Of a stretch of 64,000 nt of DNA, positions 39,059 through 53,765 are shown in pieces. Positions within the stretch are counted from its first letter, which is position 1, and every line of letters begins with the position of its first letter. The stretch is taken from the NCBI GenBank assembly GCA_951406725.2, contig OX597820.1, forward strand, positions 107,508,001 through 107,572,000, written 5' to 3'. A program made the translations under genes and the position numbers. Under the pieces are notes generated by a model. The model saw only the letters and a program-made list of their open reading frames with translations, searched no databases and was not told the origin of the DNA. The DNA comes from Octopus vulgaris (taxonomy: Eukaryota).

Positions 39059-39480
39059 ATCTATATATATAAAACTGAGAATGTGTGTGTGTCTGTCTGT
39101 GTGAATCCCTAAAACTTGAGAACTACACAACCAATTTCATTCAAATTTTACACATACCTTACTTAGAGTCCACGGAATGTCATGGGCAAAAAGATTTCTA
39201 ACTTCTTGCCTAGAGCGGGCCACAGCAATATCATATCTTCTCTACTATTTCAGTTTACGTGTTAAAAGTGAAACAAAAACATCTCTCTATTGTAATGTCA
39301 GATACTTTCACTTTACTACTGAAACTATTAAAGTCAAACTATTATATAAGAGGGATGAACCATTAACAGTGGACATCCATTTTGCTAGAAGAAGATCTGC
39401 TATGGTCTTATATGCTACACCACTGGTTTTCAATTCATATTAATCAAATTAATATTCAATTTCTCACCCTTATTATTTTA
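39059..39480 (+). mobile_element. Helitron 5' fragment
   Basis: A|TCtatatatataaaactgagaatgtgtgtgtgtctgtctg start, shared with the element at 40482. Confidence 0.7.
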
Positions 39481-39724
39481 AATTTAAATTTAAACCCAGG
39501 ACCATGTGTTTTGGAATGAAATTTGTTACAACACAGCCACACCTGCACTTATGTATGTGTGTGTGTGTGTGTATAGCTGTATATGTATACATTTATTTCT
39601 ATACATATAGATGTATATGTATACATGTATATGTGTAGATGTATATATATATATAGATGTACATGTAATATTCACATATATACATGCATACATATATATA
39701 CACCCATACACACGCACATATATA

Positions 39725-40390
39725 GGTGCAGGTGTGGCTGTGTGGTAACAAACTTCATTCCAAAACATATGGTCCTGGGTTCAGTCCCACTGTGTGGTGA
39801 CTTGGCATGTGTCTTCTGCTATAGCCTCAGACCAACCAAAGCCTTGTCAGTGGATTTTGTAGACAGAAACTGAAAGAAATCAATCGTATATATATGTATG
39901 TATATATGTAAGTCTGTGTGTGTGTCTTTGTGTTTCTCCCTCATCACTGCCTCACAACTGGTGTTTGTTTATTTACATCCCCATAACTTACTGGTTTCAC
40001 AAGAAGAAACTGATAAAATAAGTACCAGGCTTATCAAAATAAAAAAAAAAAACCACTAGGCAGTATCTCATATTTTTGTTTGCCCACACAATTTATCTTT
40101 GTGTGTGTGTGTGTATATACATATATATATATATGGATTTCGTAGACAGAAACTTAAAGAAATCAATCGTATATATATGTATGTATATATTTAAGTGTAT
40201 GTGTTTCACCCTCATCACTGCTTCACAACTGCTGTTCATTTATTTACATCCCCATAACTTACTGGTTTCACAAGAAGAAACTAATAGAATAAGTACCAGG
40301 TTTATCAACATAAAAAAAGCACTACGCTGTGTCTCATATTTTTGTTTGCCCACTCAGTTGTATCTATCAATTTATCTTTGTGTGTGTGTG
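39725..40390 (+). mobile_element. SINE with a tandem duplication of its ~250-bp 3' half
   Basis: About 39852-40105 is repeated at about 40134-40390. Confidence 0.75.
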
Positions 40391-40410
40391 TATATATATA
40401 TATAATACAA

Positions 40411-40443
<33 letters not shown>

Positions 40444-40481
40444 AAAAAGAAAAAAGAAAAGAAAAAAAAGAATATATATAT

Positions 40482-41957
40482 ATCTTTATATATATAAAAC
40501 TAAGAATGTGTGTCTGTCTGTCTGTCTGTGTGTTTCCCTAAAACTTCAGAACTACACATTCAAATTTTACATATGCCTTACTTAGGGTCCGGGGAGTGTC
40601 ATCGGCAAAAACGTTTTTAACTTTTTGCTTAGGGCGAGCCCACAGCAATATCATATCTTCTCCACTACGATTCCCTAAAACTTCAGAACTACACAACCAA
40701 TTTCATTCAAATTTTACACATGCCTTACTTAGGGTCCATGTAGTTTCATGGGCAAAAAAAATGTTCAACTTCTTGCCTAGAGCGAGCCCATAGCAATATC
40801 ATATCTTCTCCACTATTTCAGTATTACGTGTTAAAAGTGAAACAAAACATTTCTCTATTTTATGTCAGATGTTTTCACTTTAACAATAAAAATAATAATA
40901 ATAAGTTATAATTAAAATCAAACTAAAGTATAATATAATTGTAACATAAAAAAAGTAAAAATAGCAATTGGTATAAAATTGCATCAATGATTTGAACTTG
41001 AATAAGTGGTTTCACATGAATGGGAATAAATTAAAAATAAAATTAGCGTGCAGAAATGGAATAGTCTAGATGGATTATTATACATAAAGTACTATAGCTT
41101 CAACTGCGTACTGTTTTTTGATTCACTGTAAGGATTGTTATTATTATTACTGTTTAACTATTGTTATCACGTTTGTTGGTTCCTCGTAAAGGTAATGTTG
41201 TTGTGTTGCATTTGTTAAATAATTGTAAGAGAAGGAGCTTTAGGTATTGTTTAAAAATTGAATTGTATCCCTGTTTGGGGAAATTGGCAATATTTTCACC
41301 GTTTACACGGAAGCATTTTTGTTAGAATACCTTCGATAGAAGAAAGTCCAAAAATGAATTTCGCTGCAGCCGTTGGCAGGTGCGAACTCATTGAAATTAA
41401 AATGGAAGAAATATGGATTGATCACCGACAAAGACGGTGAATCTAGAATAACACCACCAAACGAAATAAAAAATTAAATTAAAGAAAAAACTATTGTCTA
41501 TAAAGTATACTATGTAGAGGAAAAAAAAAAGATTTGAACACCTGGAGGAAAGCACCATCGAAAAGTGTCTTGGTGCGACTATGAAAGATATCTAAGCAGA
41601 GGCGGTAAATTCACCACAATAGAAGCAAGGGAGCGTGCAAGGGAGTACTTGACTCAAACTTGCAAAGTAGAAATATTTTATTTCCACTTTGCTCCATGAC
41701 CTCCATTTTTCAGGAGCAAAATCCTTTTAACAAGTTCTATAAGACTGGAATTTTGGAATATGCGCGTAAAAATCAGTAGTATGGGATACATGTGGCATGA
41801 TTACAATTTTGTTTGGGTGTGTAAAGAGGGAAATAACCTTCATTTGCAATTTTGATGAAATTCGAAACAGGTATTCCAGTTCATTACAGAAAATATAATA
41901 GAAAAGTCTAATTCTTCAATTGTATGTAACTCGGGCAACGCCGGGTAACTCTGCTAG
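40482..41957 (+). mobile_element. Non-autonomous Helitron
   Basis: 5' TC after A; 3' hairpin ctcgggcaacgccggg followed by CTAG|T. Internal ~135-bp duplication. Confidence 0.8.
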
Positions 41958-42899
41958 TTTTTAATATTCAAATTTTATCCTTAGCTGCAATATTTTAAGT
42001 AAAAATTTTTTGTTCTATACTTTACCAGATGTAATAGCTTGTCCTGTATTTTTCCAGGTCTATAATCTTAAGAATATTATTTCTCTTGCTCGCATTTTTC
42101 CATGTATGCTATTATGCTAATTAATAAATAATGTGTCAATTAATAATTTAAGATTTTACCCTATTGAAAATTGAATAATAAATTTGATAAATTTCTAAAT
42201 AATATTTTAATTTTTGATACAGATGATGTAATTAAACTAATTGCAAATTAGCAGTGTCATTGATAATCTTTTCCTTACCTCAATGATGCTGGTGACATAT
42301 TAAAAGTCCCCTAGAACAATATTCATAAAAAAGGATAGAACTATATTATCACCCTCAAATTTGAGAAACAATCACACATAACTTTTTTCTTTTAAAACTT
42401 CATTGCATGAGATTGATACCATGAAATTCCTCGAGTTGAGCTCTATCATTTAAGCTTAATTAAAATATAGTTTGTTTTTATAATAAAAAAGCTAATTATA
42501 CTTAAATTCACCTTTTGCCTTACTTTTTATATTTTTTTAATATTTTCCCTCACAACTTTTTTGATACAAATTTTTGTTGCATGGGACCAAAACTATGAAA
42601 TTCTTCATGCTTTCTTTTATCATTGAAGCTAAGACAAATATATTTTGCTTCTAAAATAAAAAAAAGTTATTTCAACCTAAACTTGAGTGGAGGTATTACT
42701 TACTCTTCTACAATGCTGCCACAAAATTTGATGTAAACTTTTTCTACAGGACCAATCCTCTTCAAAAATGTCAACAGTTTTCAATTTGTTTAAGAACTGA
42801 ATTAGTGACAAAGCTCTGAAGATGCTGTGTGTGAGTAAATTGAGTAGTTGAATGATAGTAAGGATGCTCCACAATGACAACTCTTGGTTAAGTCAAGAA

Positions 42900-43275
42900 G
42901 TCAGATAATGAGGGATCTGCTGACCAACTTAGACACTTTATCTAGTCCATGAAGATGCTTTATTGTCAAAGTGTGGCTTGAATTGAACTGTTCTGCCAAT
43001 TCTCTTGAAATTTGGATTTTCCTCAACTACAACTTTTAGAAGCTGAGTATAGACAGAGCTTGGTCATTCAGGTTGAGAGGAAACTTGAAGCGAAAAGTTT
43101 TCTGAGCAACACTGGCCAAACCATCGTTGGCATGCCTGGAATCTTAAAATTTCATTTTCACAGAAAGAATGAATATTTCTTACCACTTCCATTGTTGAAA
43201 ATCCCCTTTTGAATTCACACAGTATGTAGTGTCTGATATGAGTTTGATCTAGACTCATTTTCAAAGGGTGCAAGA
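42900..43275 (-). mobile_element. Mariner transposase N-terminal remnant
   Basis: HIRHYILCEFKRG..EVVRNI..CQRWF..NFSL. Confidence 0.65.
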
Positions 43276-44017
43276 AAAAACCCCATTAGAATGTAAAAAT
43301 TTATGCTTACTTTACTATAAGTAGAGTACATATTTATTAAACATTTACAAAGAAAAGTTTAATAAACATATATGTGTGTGTTCACATGCATCTGTCTGTG
43401 TGTGTGTGTGTTTGTGCCTTTCTGTCTTAACCTCACAAGAAAAGTGTTACTGTTATACAAGCTATATCCTTCTGTGAAAGCATATCTGACCACAGGGAAA
43501 TATTACCTTACTTGGAAACAAGTGAAGAATGTGCATTTAACCATTAAAACGTTTGCCTCAATAAGTTCTGTTTCACCTTTGCAAGCACAGAAAAGTGGAC
43601 TTTAATACAATGATGATGATGATAATGGTGAGACAGACAGTTGATATATTTAAGTTTTGCTTTCGTTTTGATTAGAGGGACATATAACAACACAGCATTT
43701 TATAAAGATACCCATATATATAGACATTCAAATGTTTGTGTATGTATTTATATCTAAAAATGTGTGTGTTTGTGTAAAAGAGTGCATTGAGTTACATCCC
43801 CTTATGAAAACAAAATGTAGAAGTTAAGTCATGTGATGGATAAAATAAGTATAAGTGTAACGGTACCCATTTAAAGACACTTTGCATCCTAACCACATGG
43901 TTTCGGGTTCAGTTCCACTGTACAAAACCCTGAGCAGATGTCATCTACTATTAGTCCCTGGCTGCCCAAAGCCTTGTGAATGGATTTGACAGATAAAAAC
44001 TTAAAGAAACCTATTGT

Positions 44018-45990
44018 ATCATCATCATCATTTAAGATCCATTTTCCATGCTGGAATGGGTTGGTTGGTTTGACAGGTTCTGGTAAACCAGAGACTGTGC
44101 CAATCTCTATTATCTGCTTTGTCATAGTTTCTATGTCTGGATGCCCTTCCTAATGTCAACCACTTTATAGAGTGTACTGGATGTTTTTTTTTTTACATGG
44201 CATCATGTGACTTGCAGAACAAAGGTTCCTCAACTGAGAGGGAGAATAGTGTTGAAGGATATGGCTTTGTACCAGTAAATGTGAGGTTAAAGTATAATAG
44301 AGGGTTAGAGATAGGTGTCTTGTTGCAGAGGAGATAAATGTTGGAAAAGAAAAGAAAGAGAGTGAGGTTGGGGAAGACTTATAGAGAAAGATAGAGAGAA
44401 AAAGTGAAAGGTGGTGGTGAAGAAGTGAGGGGGGGGGTGAATACAAGGGAAGTGGTACAAAAGATTGAGTAAGGTGAATAGGCAGGGAGAGATAGAAAGG
44501 GAAGTTTCATAAGAGTGTAAGGACAGATGGTTAAAGATGACAAATGGAAGTTGCTCTGGGGTAAGGAGAGAAAAGCACCCAAAAGGGAGGAGATACAGTA
44601 TGAGCCTATTTTTCTCTCAGATGATTACAGATGAGACGTACCATAGATAGAAAAGTGACGAGTATTAAGGGATGAGATAAGGGGGAAATGCAAGATGGGG
44701 CAGAGATAGAGTGGTGGGACAGAACTCCACACAACCATAAATCATGGTAGTTTTAGGATATCATTTCTGCTGTGGTGGGTCTTTTCAAGCACAGTGAAAT
44801 GCCAATCATCTTGGTCCTTTATCATCTCTGTAAAGCTCAGCATCTCGAGATCAACCTCCAATACTTCTTTTATCTTCCTAGGTTTCCCTTCTCAACAAGT
44901 TCCATCCACTTTAAGCAATCATTACTTTTTTTATAAATCCATAGGTATCACATGACCAAACCAACATGTTCTTCTCTTGCATGCTACATCTGATTCCTCT
45001 TATGCCTAACTTTGTTGTACATGCACACTAACATAGCACACGCAGTAGAGGATATCAACTACATTTCTCTCTAGTCTTTGCATGTCCTCTGTATTTAGGC
45101 CCATGTTTCACTACCATGCAGCACTGCTCTTTGGGCACAAGCATCATACAATCTGCCGTTCAACAGAAGTAACAGCTCTCTGAATTTTCTCCATCCTATT
45201 CTTATTTGACTAACTACACTTTTGGAATGTCCTTCTCCATTGCTAATTAAATCACCTAGTTAACAAAAATTATCTACTACCTCTAGAAAACCTCCAGGGC
45301 ATTTGAGGGAGCCAGTCTCCTGTGTATCTGTAATCTTTATGGTTCCTGTGAACCTTCCACATGCAAACATTACTTTCTCCATTAACCTTCTTGTGGTTCC
45401 ACTTCACCTCACATGTCCAAAACTTGCACTGGGTACACCATGTGAAATTCCTGCCTATACCTTTCCTACATATTGAGCAGGGCCATTTACCTAAAGGATG
45501 GAAAGTCTTGTCTATTTTCTTGCTCACTAGAACTTTGGTCTTTGCTAAGTTAACTTTAAGGCCCTTCAATTCCAGGTTTTCCTTCCATTCCTGGAATTTC
45601 TTTCGTAGTTTTGTTAAAGATTCTGCTATGAGGTAAAGATCATCAGCACATAGTAGTTCCCAGGGACAACAAGTCTGAAATTCCTCTGTCATGGCCTTGA
45701 GGACAATGATGATTAGGAGGAGATTGAGAACCAAACCCTGGTGAATGTCTACCTGTACACTATATTTGTCACTGTACCCATGGCTAACTCTTACCTTACT
45801 GGCAGCACCCTTGTACATGGTCTGTACTGCTTTCACAAGCCAATCATCTATCTCTAGCTTCCTCAGAGACCACCATATCACAGAGCAAAGTACTCTGTCA
45901 AAGGCATTCTTCATCTCAACAAAAGGCCAAGTACAAGGATTTATTCTTAGCTAAATACATTTCCTACAACTGTCTAAGAAGATAGCATCA
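44018..45990 (-). mobile_element. Degenerate RTE LINE
   Basis: ORF 45270-45914 (KNAFDRV..HQG..CADD..WPCSIC), with a (GAT)n tail near 44018. Confidence 0.8.
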
Positions 45991-46441
45991 GTAGTACTTC
46001 TACCTGGAGAGTTATAAAAATGTTAACAAAAATATGTATTCATAAACATTCCCAGTAATAATGAAAAAGTAACATGACACTAGAACTGAGGTATCAGGCA
46101 TTATCTATCAATAAAGCTACTGGGATGAAAGGGAAAAAGATAAAATGATTGAATAAGAAAAGCACATTTTATCAAAAGAAACTCATAAGTTGATTTATCT
46201 TAGAAGACTTAAGGAAAATTTCACCACATGGGGTTTAAATAAGTTCCCAAACATGAGAATTGATTGAGCAGAGAATTTAAAAATTTCTTTACACAAAAAA
46301 AAATGAATTCAAAAATCTTCATTACTACCATCTTTTCATTCAGCATTTTTGTATTATATCTTCCATACTTACACACTTTGCTTGCTTCATTTCTTTCCAG
46401 TCTTCTCAAGTCCACTTCATTTGAAGCCCATGTCTCACTAC

Positions 46442-49400
46442 TGTAGCGGCACAACCAGTCAGTGCCATATTGGATGAGATCTTGCAGCAGCCATTGTCAT
46501 CTCTGAGACTGGAGCGATACCTCACCTGCATCCATTTGCCATGCTCGAGATCACAACGTGGGTCACGATGGGAAACTGTATATAAGGGCAAAACAGAAAT
46601 AGATTCATTCTCTCTCTCCGCTTCTACGTAGCAGCGCTTGCTGAGAACATTTCACTGGCTGGGCCTGTCTGCCTGTTTTACCTCCAGAGGCAATGTGCCC
46701 ACACAAATGGAGATACAACACCACGCACACAGCTCAAGATGGTTGCTGAGAGCAACACACTTCACCTATTTAGTGAAACTTGTAAATAAACTGGTTGTAA
46801 ATTGCTTTGTACTTAAAGACTTCTTTCTTCACCTGCTGGAGCCTGAACTACATGAAGAACAAGATATAATGGGAGAAGGCGATATTCTCCTGATATCGTA
46901 AACCTTGCCTTCTGTTATAAAATGGTGACCCCAATGTAGAAAAATGATTTTCGGCAGCCGCAAGCTTTATCGTATAGATGCCTCAACCGAATCACAGACT
47001 GGTGGCTTTCACTTGCTCCCAACTGATAAACACATCAATGGCCACAACTCCAGCCATCCATCAACTTCTAGCACGCCAACCATCAACTTCCAGCCATCGT
47101 TCCTGTCTTCCGCAATATTTGGATTGCCTTACGTGGTAAAACACAACATTACCAGTTCACAAGCCAATTGCTCCACGTGGAAATAGAATTTTACTGCTCA
47201 CGCGCCATTTTCTGGCGACTTTTTCAACTGACAACAAAAAATACAAAAAAAATTTTATTAGTACAAGTACACACATACAATTGGCATTTTTTTTTTTGTT
47301 GTTTCTTTCAGCACAAAAATAGGTTTGGCAACAAAATTTTTCTTGTCTGCACATACAGTAATCAATTCTATAAATTTTGTTCTGAAATTCTTTTTTCTAG
47401 CACATACGCTACTATTTCCAACAACACTTTTTGTCATTTTTTTTTGTCCATTTCTTTTTTCCTCTGAAAGAAAAAACCCAGAAAAATGAGTTTACCAATC
47501 TTCCCTCTTTCACTGGTGACGTCACGCTTTGGTTTGCTCAGTTGGAGGCATATTTTGCGGCACATGCTGCACCATCGCAGCAACAATTAAATCTTCTCTT
47601 TTGTAGCATTCCTGCACCACTCGCTACTTCAGTCAGGGATCTCATCATTGATCCTCGTCTGGATGCGACTTACGAGGTAGTCAAATCCGAGGTGCTCCGA
47701 CGGAGCACTAAATCCGCAGAGTCTGAGTTTAAGCAGCTTATGCAAGATGAAGAGTTAGGAAACAGGATGCCATCTCAGTGAGCTTAGCGACACGACTGAG
47801 GATAACTCGCTTTTACAGAAGCTTTTCTTCTCCCAGCTACCTCCCAATGTGCAAATCATCTTAGCCACAGCAGTTGATACCAACACCATGGATCAACTAG
47901 CTACCATGGCTGATAAGATTTTAGAGTTCACTATCCAGCCAGCACCTTCATTACTACCATCTTTTTATTCAGCATTTTTGTATTATATAAATACCTAAAT
48001 GTGCAAGTTACTTCCCTTAACTCAACTATTGAAAGCCAATACAAAAAAGAATTCTCCTATTACTTGCCGAGGCGTTATCTGCTTTTGAGTCAATCAAGAA
48101 GGAAATAGCTTCTGTCCGTTTGCTTGCACATCTGGTTCCCGATGCTCCTCTCTCTTTAACTGTTGATGCATCGGATTCTGCAGTTGGTGCTGTTTTGCAG
48201 CACACCGTAGACAATCAGACTAAAACTTTGGCATTTTTTCTTTCAATTAAAGCCAACTGAACGTTGGTCCAGTACGTTTGATCGTGCGCTCTTGGCAATC
48301 TACCTGTCAGCTCGTCATTTTCAACATGAACTCAAGGGCTGAGATTTTGTGATTTATACTGATCACAAGCCTCTTACATTTGCTCTATCATCTAAATTGG
48401 ACAAACACTCGCCTCATGCTTTTCATCACCTGGACTACGTTTCCCAGTTCACGAGTGGCATTCGGCACATACCTGGAACAGAGAACGTGCCTGCTGACAC
48501 ACACTCTCATCTTCCTGTGTGCTCCCTTTCATCTCCAGCTGCAATCGATTTGACTGCCATTGCGCAGGATCAGCCAGCTCTGGACACATTGGATTTAGTT
48601 TCTACCAAGTTGTCCTGTTGCAAGTTTGCCTATCTCCCACTTACGATAGCTGAAGGCACCATTCTTTGACACAGTTACTAGTTCTCCCAGACCATTTGTA
48701 CCTGAGAACCACCAGTGCTCTGTTGTTGATGCTTTGCATTCATTGTCACATCCTGGCGTCACTTCCTCGGTGAAGCTTATTACGGCTCGATTTTTCTGGC
48801 CTAATATGCACCAGATGATCACCGATTGGGCATGCTCTTGTGTAAAATGCCAGCATTCTAAAATCCACAGGCATATTCCTCTGTCATGGCCTTGAGGACA
48901 ATGATGATTAGGAGGAGATCGAGAACCAAGCCCTGGTGAATGTCTACCTGTACACTAAATTTGTCACTGTACACATGGAGACTCGCTTTCGCCACGTCCA
49001 CATTGATCTGGTTGGACCATGGCCTGTCAGCCGTGGTTTCTCTTACACATTGACATGCATCGATTGTTTCTCTCATTGGCCAGAGGCCATTGCAATAGTG
49101 GACATTTCCGCTGAGTCAGTTACTCAAGCTTTCGTTTCTAAGTGGATTGCTTGCTTTGGTGTCCTAACTAAAATAACCACTGATCATGGACACCAGTTTG
49201 AGGCTTCCCTATTTCGTAAATTATCATGAATCCTAGGGGTTCATCACATTCATATGACCAGCTACCACCCAGCCTCCAACAGGATAGTCGAACGTTTTCA
49301 CAGGCAACTGAAGGCCGCTCTACGCGATACTTCTGACCCGCAGTCTTGGACAGAATTTCTGCCTATTGTTCTTCTTGGTTGTCGCACTGCTGTTAAAACA

Positions 49401-50603
49401 GACTTAGGTTTCTCCTCTGCTGAACTCCTTTACAGTACCACCCTAACACTTGTTAGTGCCAGACAATTCATTGCATCCTCATCCAACATCGTATGTCACC
49501 AGACTTCGCTCTTATTTCTCGAGTCTTCCACCCATGTATCCACGTGACCAATCTATTCCCTCTCACGTCCCACTGGACATTGACAAGTAGACTCATGTTT
49601 TTGTTCAGGATGATTCTGTCAGAGGACCTATTGTTTCTCCTTATAAGGGACCATTTCATGTGCTATCACGCACACCCAAAACTTTTAGTCTCAACATCAA
49701 CGGTCGAGCAGACTTAAAAGGGCACATTTTGAGGTGTTCACACCCTTCAATGACACGCCAAAGACGCCCACCTTTGGTCCTTTACAACCACTTTTGACCA
49801 CACCATCACCTACACCTCCACTTTCGTCACCACTATCTAACACGAATAAACCTTATGTCAACAGGACTGGATGCACTGTGCATTGGCTTAAAAAACTCAC
49901 TAAAACTATTTATATCTGACAATCTCTTTTGTGTCTCCTGTGACAGACAATCACTTTCTTGTGTTACTGGACAGTTCCAATACTCTGCCAATGAACATTT
50001 TTTTCAAATTTTGTGCATGCCAATTTATAATTCTTGCAATTATTTTTCTATTTGACTTATCACATTTTTGTACCATATCTTGTTGGTTGTGATCAGTTAC
50101 CATCTTTGCCTGCTCCAATTATTGTTTTTGTACTGCTGCACTCAGGGGGGAGACCTTGTAGTGGCACTAGTCAGTGCCATATTGGATGAGATCTCGTGGC
50201 AGCCATTGCCATCTCTGAGACTGGAGCGATACCTCACCTGCATCCATTTGCCATGCTCACGATGGCAAACTGTATATAAGGGCAAAACAGATATAGATTC
50301 ACTCTCTCTGCTTCTACGTAGCAGCGCTTGCTGAGCACGCTTCACTAGCTGGGCCTGTCTGCATGCTGTATCTCCAGAGGCAATGTGCCCGCACTAATGG
50401 AGATACAACACCACACATGCAGCTCAAGATGGTTGCTGAGAGCAACACACTTTACCTGTTCTGTGAAACTTGTAAATAAACCAGTTGTAAATAGCATTTA
50501 TGCTCAAAGACTTCTTTCTTTGCCTGAACTACATAAAGAACAAGATAAAATGGGAGAAGGCGATATTCTCTCGATATCGTAAACCTTGCCTTCCATTATT
50601 ATA
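46442..50603 (+). mobile_element. Ty3/Gypsy LTR retrotransposon, CsRn1-like, degenerate with RT largely deleted, nested in an RTE LINE
   Basis: LTRs 46442-46919 and 50157-50603. PBS tggtgacccc (tRNA-Trp type), PPT tcaggggggag. Gag WFAQLEA..LGNRMPSQ, RNase H DAS..YTDHKPL, integrase HIDLVGP. TSD CTAC; removing the element restores the RTE ATLYGSETW. Confidence 0.92.
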
Positions 50604-52267
50604 CTACCATACAACGTTGCAGTTCTAACACAAATATCATACAGTCTGCCCTTCACTCTAAGAGAAAAATCTTTTTCATCAGCAGTAGTAGCAGTCACTG
50701 AACTTTCTCTAACCTGTTTTTACTGTAGCAACTATACTTTCAGAGCAACAACTCCTCTTGTATCAAAAGCTATCAACTACTTCTATTAAACCATCTGGCC
50801 AATTTAAGACATTATTTCCGGTGTGCTCTTATACACTACTCCAGTGCATCTATTACAAATGAAGCTTATGTTCTCAGATAATCTGTCTATGATTCTACTA
50901 TATCTCTTATGTAGCCACATAGGTAGTCATACAAATGATTAGGTGTGTTCCACGAGTCTGTCATTTTGTTATACCATACCTTCGTCTAGTTGAGGATCAT
51001 ACTACACGTTATCCAACAGGGGTGAAGTGTTGCAATCAGATCATGTTGTACTTGCCTTAGAAACCACTTTCTGTATGGCTGTTGATCCTGGTGGTGGCCA
51101 CAATCAATGTAAATAAGATGAACTTAGCCTGAACATAACAGCTGCTGCTTCTTTTCACTTCTTACTGTTGCTGTATATCTCTACAAAACAATACATTCCA
51201 GCCAGCTGTCATTTTTATGGCTTAGTTATATGGACTAAACTTTTGCTAGCTGCTTTTAGATATTTATGGAGTGGCACACAAGCTCTCGACACAACAGAAG
51301 ATTGAGGGTGTGAAAGCTAGTAGAAGAAACTGGTTAGTATTCATTATAGGTGAGTAAACTGGAGCAATGTGAAATTGAAGTACATTGCTCAAAGGCAAGT
51401 TGAGGTATTCAATCGTGAAATTGTAGGGTAGCAAGCTAGCAAAATCATTAGCACACCAGACAAAATGCTTAGCAACACTTTGTCCATCTTTATATTCTAA
51501 GTTCAAATTCCTGAGCTCAACTTTGACTCTTGACCTTCTAGTGTCAATAAAAATAAGCAGTTGAGCACTGGAGTTGATGTAATCAACTTATACTTTCCTC
51601 CTGCTGGCCTTGTACCAATATTTTTGTTCCATTGTGCAAGTGGTTTGTGTGCAGCTTGCAATGGTACGAAGTGCACTGTTTTGAACTCTTTGTGGTTTGT
51701 AAGGGAAAGATTCAGAGCAAAAGCAAGATTGGCATAACTCATGTGGTGCCTGTGAGAGCTCCATGTTTGAGAGCCATTTTACTTTGTTTACTATGTTTTC
51801 TACATGTGTTGGCAATGTATGTAAAACCTTAGCATTTTCTGTCTTTTGTGTAGGTCATGTGGTTGATTGAATAAGTCGTATAGCTGTATCTAAGGGGTGG
51901 TCAAAAGATGCAACTACATCATTCATCATTTACGGGTTAAAAAAGTTTGGAAGAGGACCCAGTGTCTTGTTATTTACAACAAAGGCTTGTCAAACTGAGA
52001 GTTTACTAGTCAGTATTTCATGTGAATAATGAGAACATGGAGTTAAATATCTTTACTGATGTCAAAGCATCGTTCAAATGATGTGTGCAAGCTTGTTGTT
52101 GAAGTCAGAATGTATTTTCCTATAAGGTGTATAATTATTGTAATGGTAATGATAATTGACTATAGTGATGTGGCTCTATTTTGTGATTTGAAGAAGGTAA
52201 AGTATGAGTTTGCTAAAACAAGGATGAACATCTGAAATGTTTGAGAATGTACATAGAAGAGTGATGT

Positions 52268-52307
<40 letters not shown>

Positions 52308-53412
52308 CAGAGGGAGGGAGGCTCATATGGATTTTTTGTTGTTTGCATGAGTGGCTGGAGAATAGTGATTCCTTCAGGACCAAAGTATTTTAGGTTTATG
52401 CTTTTGATTTTGTTGGCTCCTTAAATTTTTGAGATTTGAAAATTTCCTTATTGTCTTTCTGATGTTTGATGGAAAAAAGTGATCCAAGTTGCATTTTCTG
52501 GTCATGTTTCTTTTGGCTATTAACAGCTGATTTTCAAAAAATATTTCAAAATGATATCTCCTGGCTGTTAGAATGTGGCTATATTATATCAAGTTGTTAT
52601 AATGACATGCACTCATTTGTGTTAAAGATGCTGTTAGTTTCTTGTTTATGGTTTATTTTCTTTATTAATTCCCTTTTTTAGTTTTTTTATATTGATATTG
52701 AGTTGGATTTCAGTTTGTGTTGCATAATAGGGTACATATCAATGTTGATTTATTTATTTTTTTGCTGTTGTTATTTTTTTGTTGCAGAGTTTGGGAATGG
52801 AACAGTATATCTAGAGCAAGTTAACTTGAGAGAAATTATCCTTCAGCAATTATAAAATGTAATTAGGTCAAATTCTGAAATATTTGATGACTAGTCCCAT
52901 AGAGCAACTAATTTATCTAATTAATCTAATACAGATTGTTATGTACAATAGTGTGTTTATTAGATCCAGTGACTAATTAGTCAAAGACTCTGTATGAAGT
53001 AATTGTAATTTAAATGGTTTTTAAATGCTAATAAATATGTCATTCTTTTAATAGCAAAATGTTTTAATTTATTTGATGTTTTTTCTACTTTTGAACTGTG
53101 GCTAGTTCTGTTTATGTCCACATATATCAACCAATGTGAAATGTAGCAAGTTCTCAGTGAGTCAAATCAGCAACGGAGGTTCAATTCCTTGTGGATTTAT
53201 TTCATTTACCTTCCTTATGGTTTGTGATTTCCAGAACCAGTCAACACTCTGGGGAGAGATAAATCCTTTGAGGAGGACACAATTCACTAACGGTTGCAAG
53301 GATATTTTTTAGAGAACATAAAGCTGGTCATAAAGTGGATTTGATAATCAGAGAAATTCTTGGAAATTAAATAGAACAGTTGAGAAATGTTTTTCCCCAA
53401 GAAGAAATTTAG

Positions 53413-53765
53413 TTACTCTTTTACTTGTTTCAGTCATTTGACTGCGGCCATGCTGGAGCACTGCCTTTAGTCAAGTAAATCAACCCCAGGACTTATTCTA
53501 TCAGTCTCTTTTGCCAAACCACTAAGTTACGGGTACGTAAACACACCACCATTGGTTGTCAAGCGACACACAAACATATAAACAAACGTGCATATATATA
53601 CATATATACAATGGGCTTCATTCAGTTTCCATCTACCAAATCCACTCACAAGGCTTTGGTCAGCCCAAGGCTATAGTAGAAGACACTTACCCAAGGTGCC
53701 ATGCAGTGAGTCTGAACCCAGAACTATGTGGTTGGTAAGCAAGCTACTTACCACACAGCCACTCC
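53413..53765 (-). mobile_element. tRNA-derived SINE
   Basis: Same family as 21787-22170. Confidence 0.8.
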
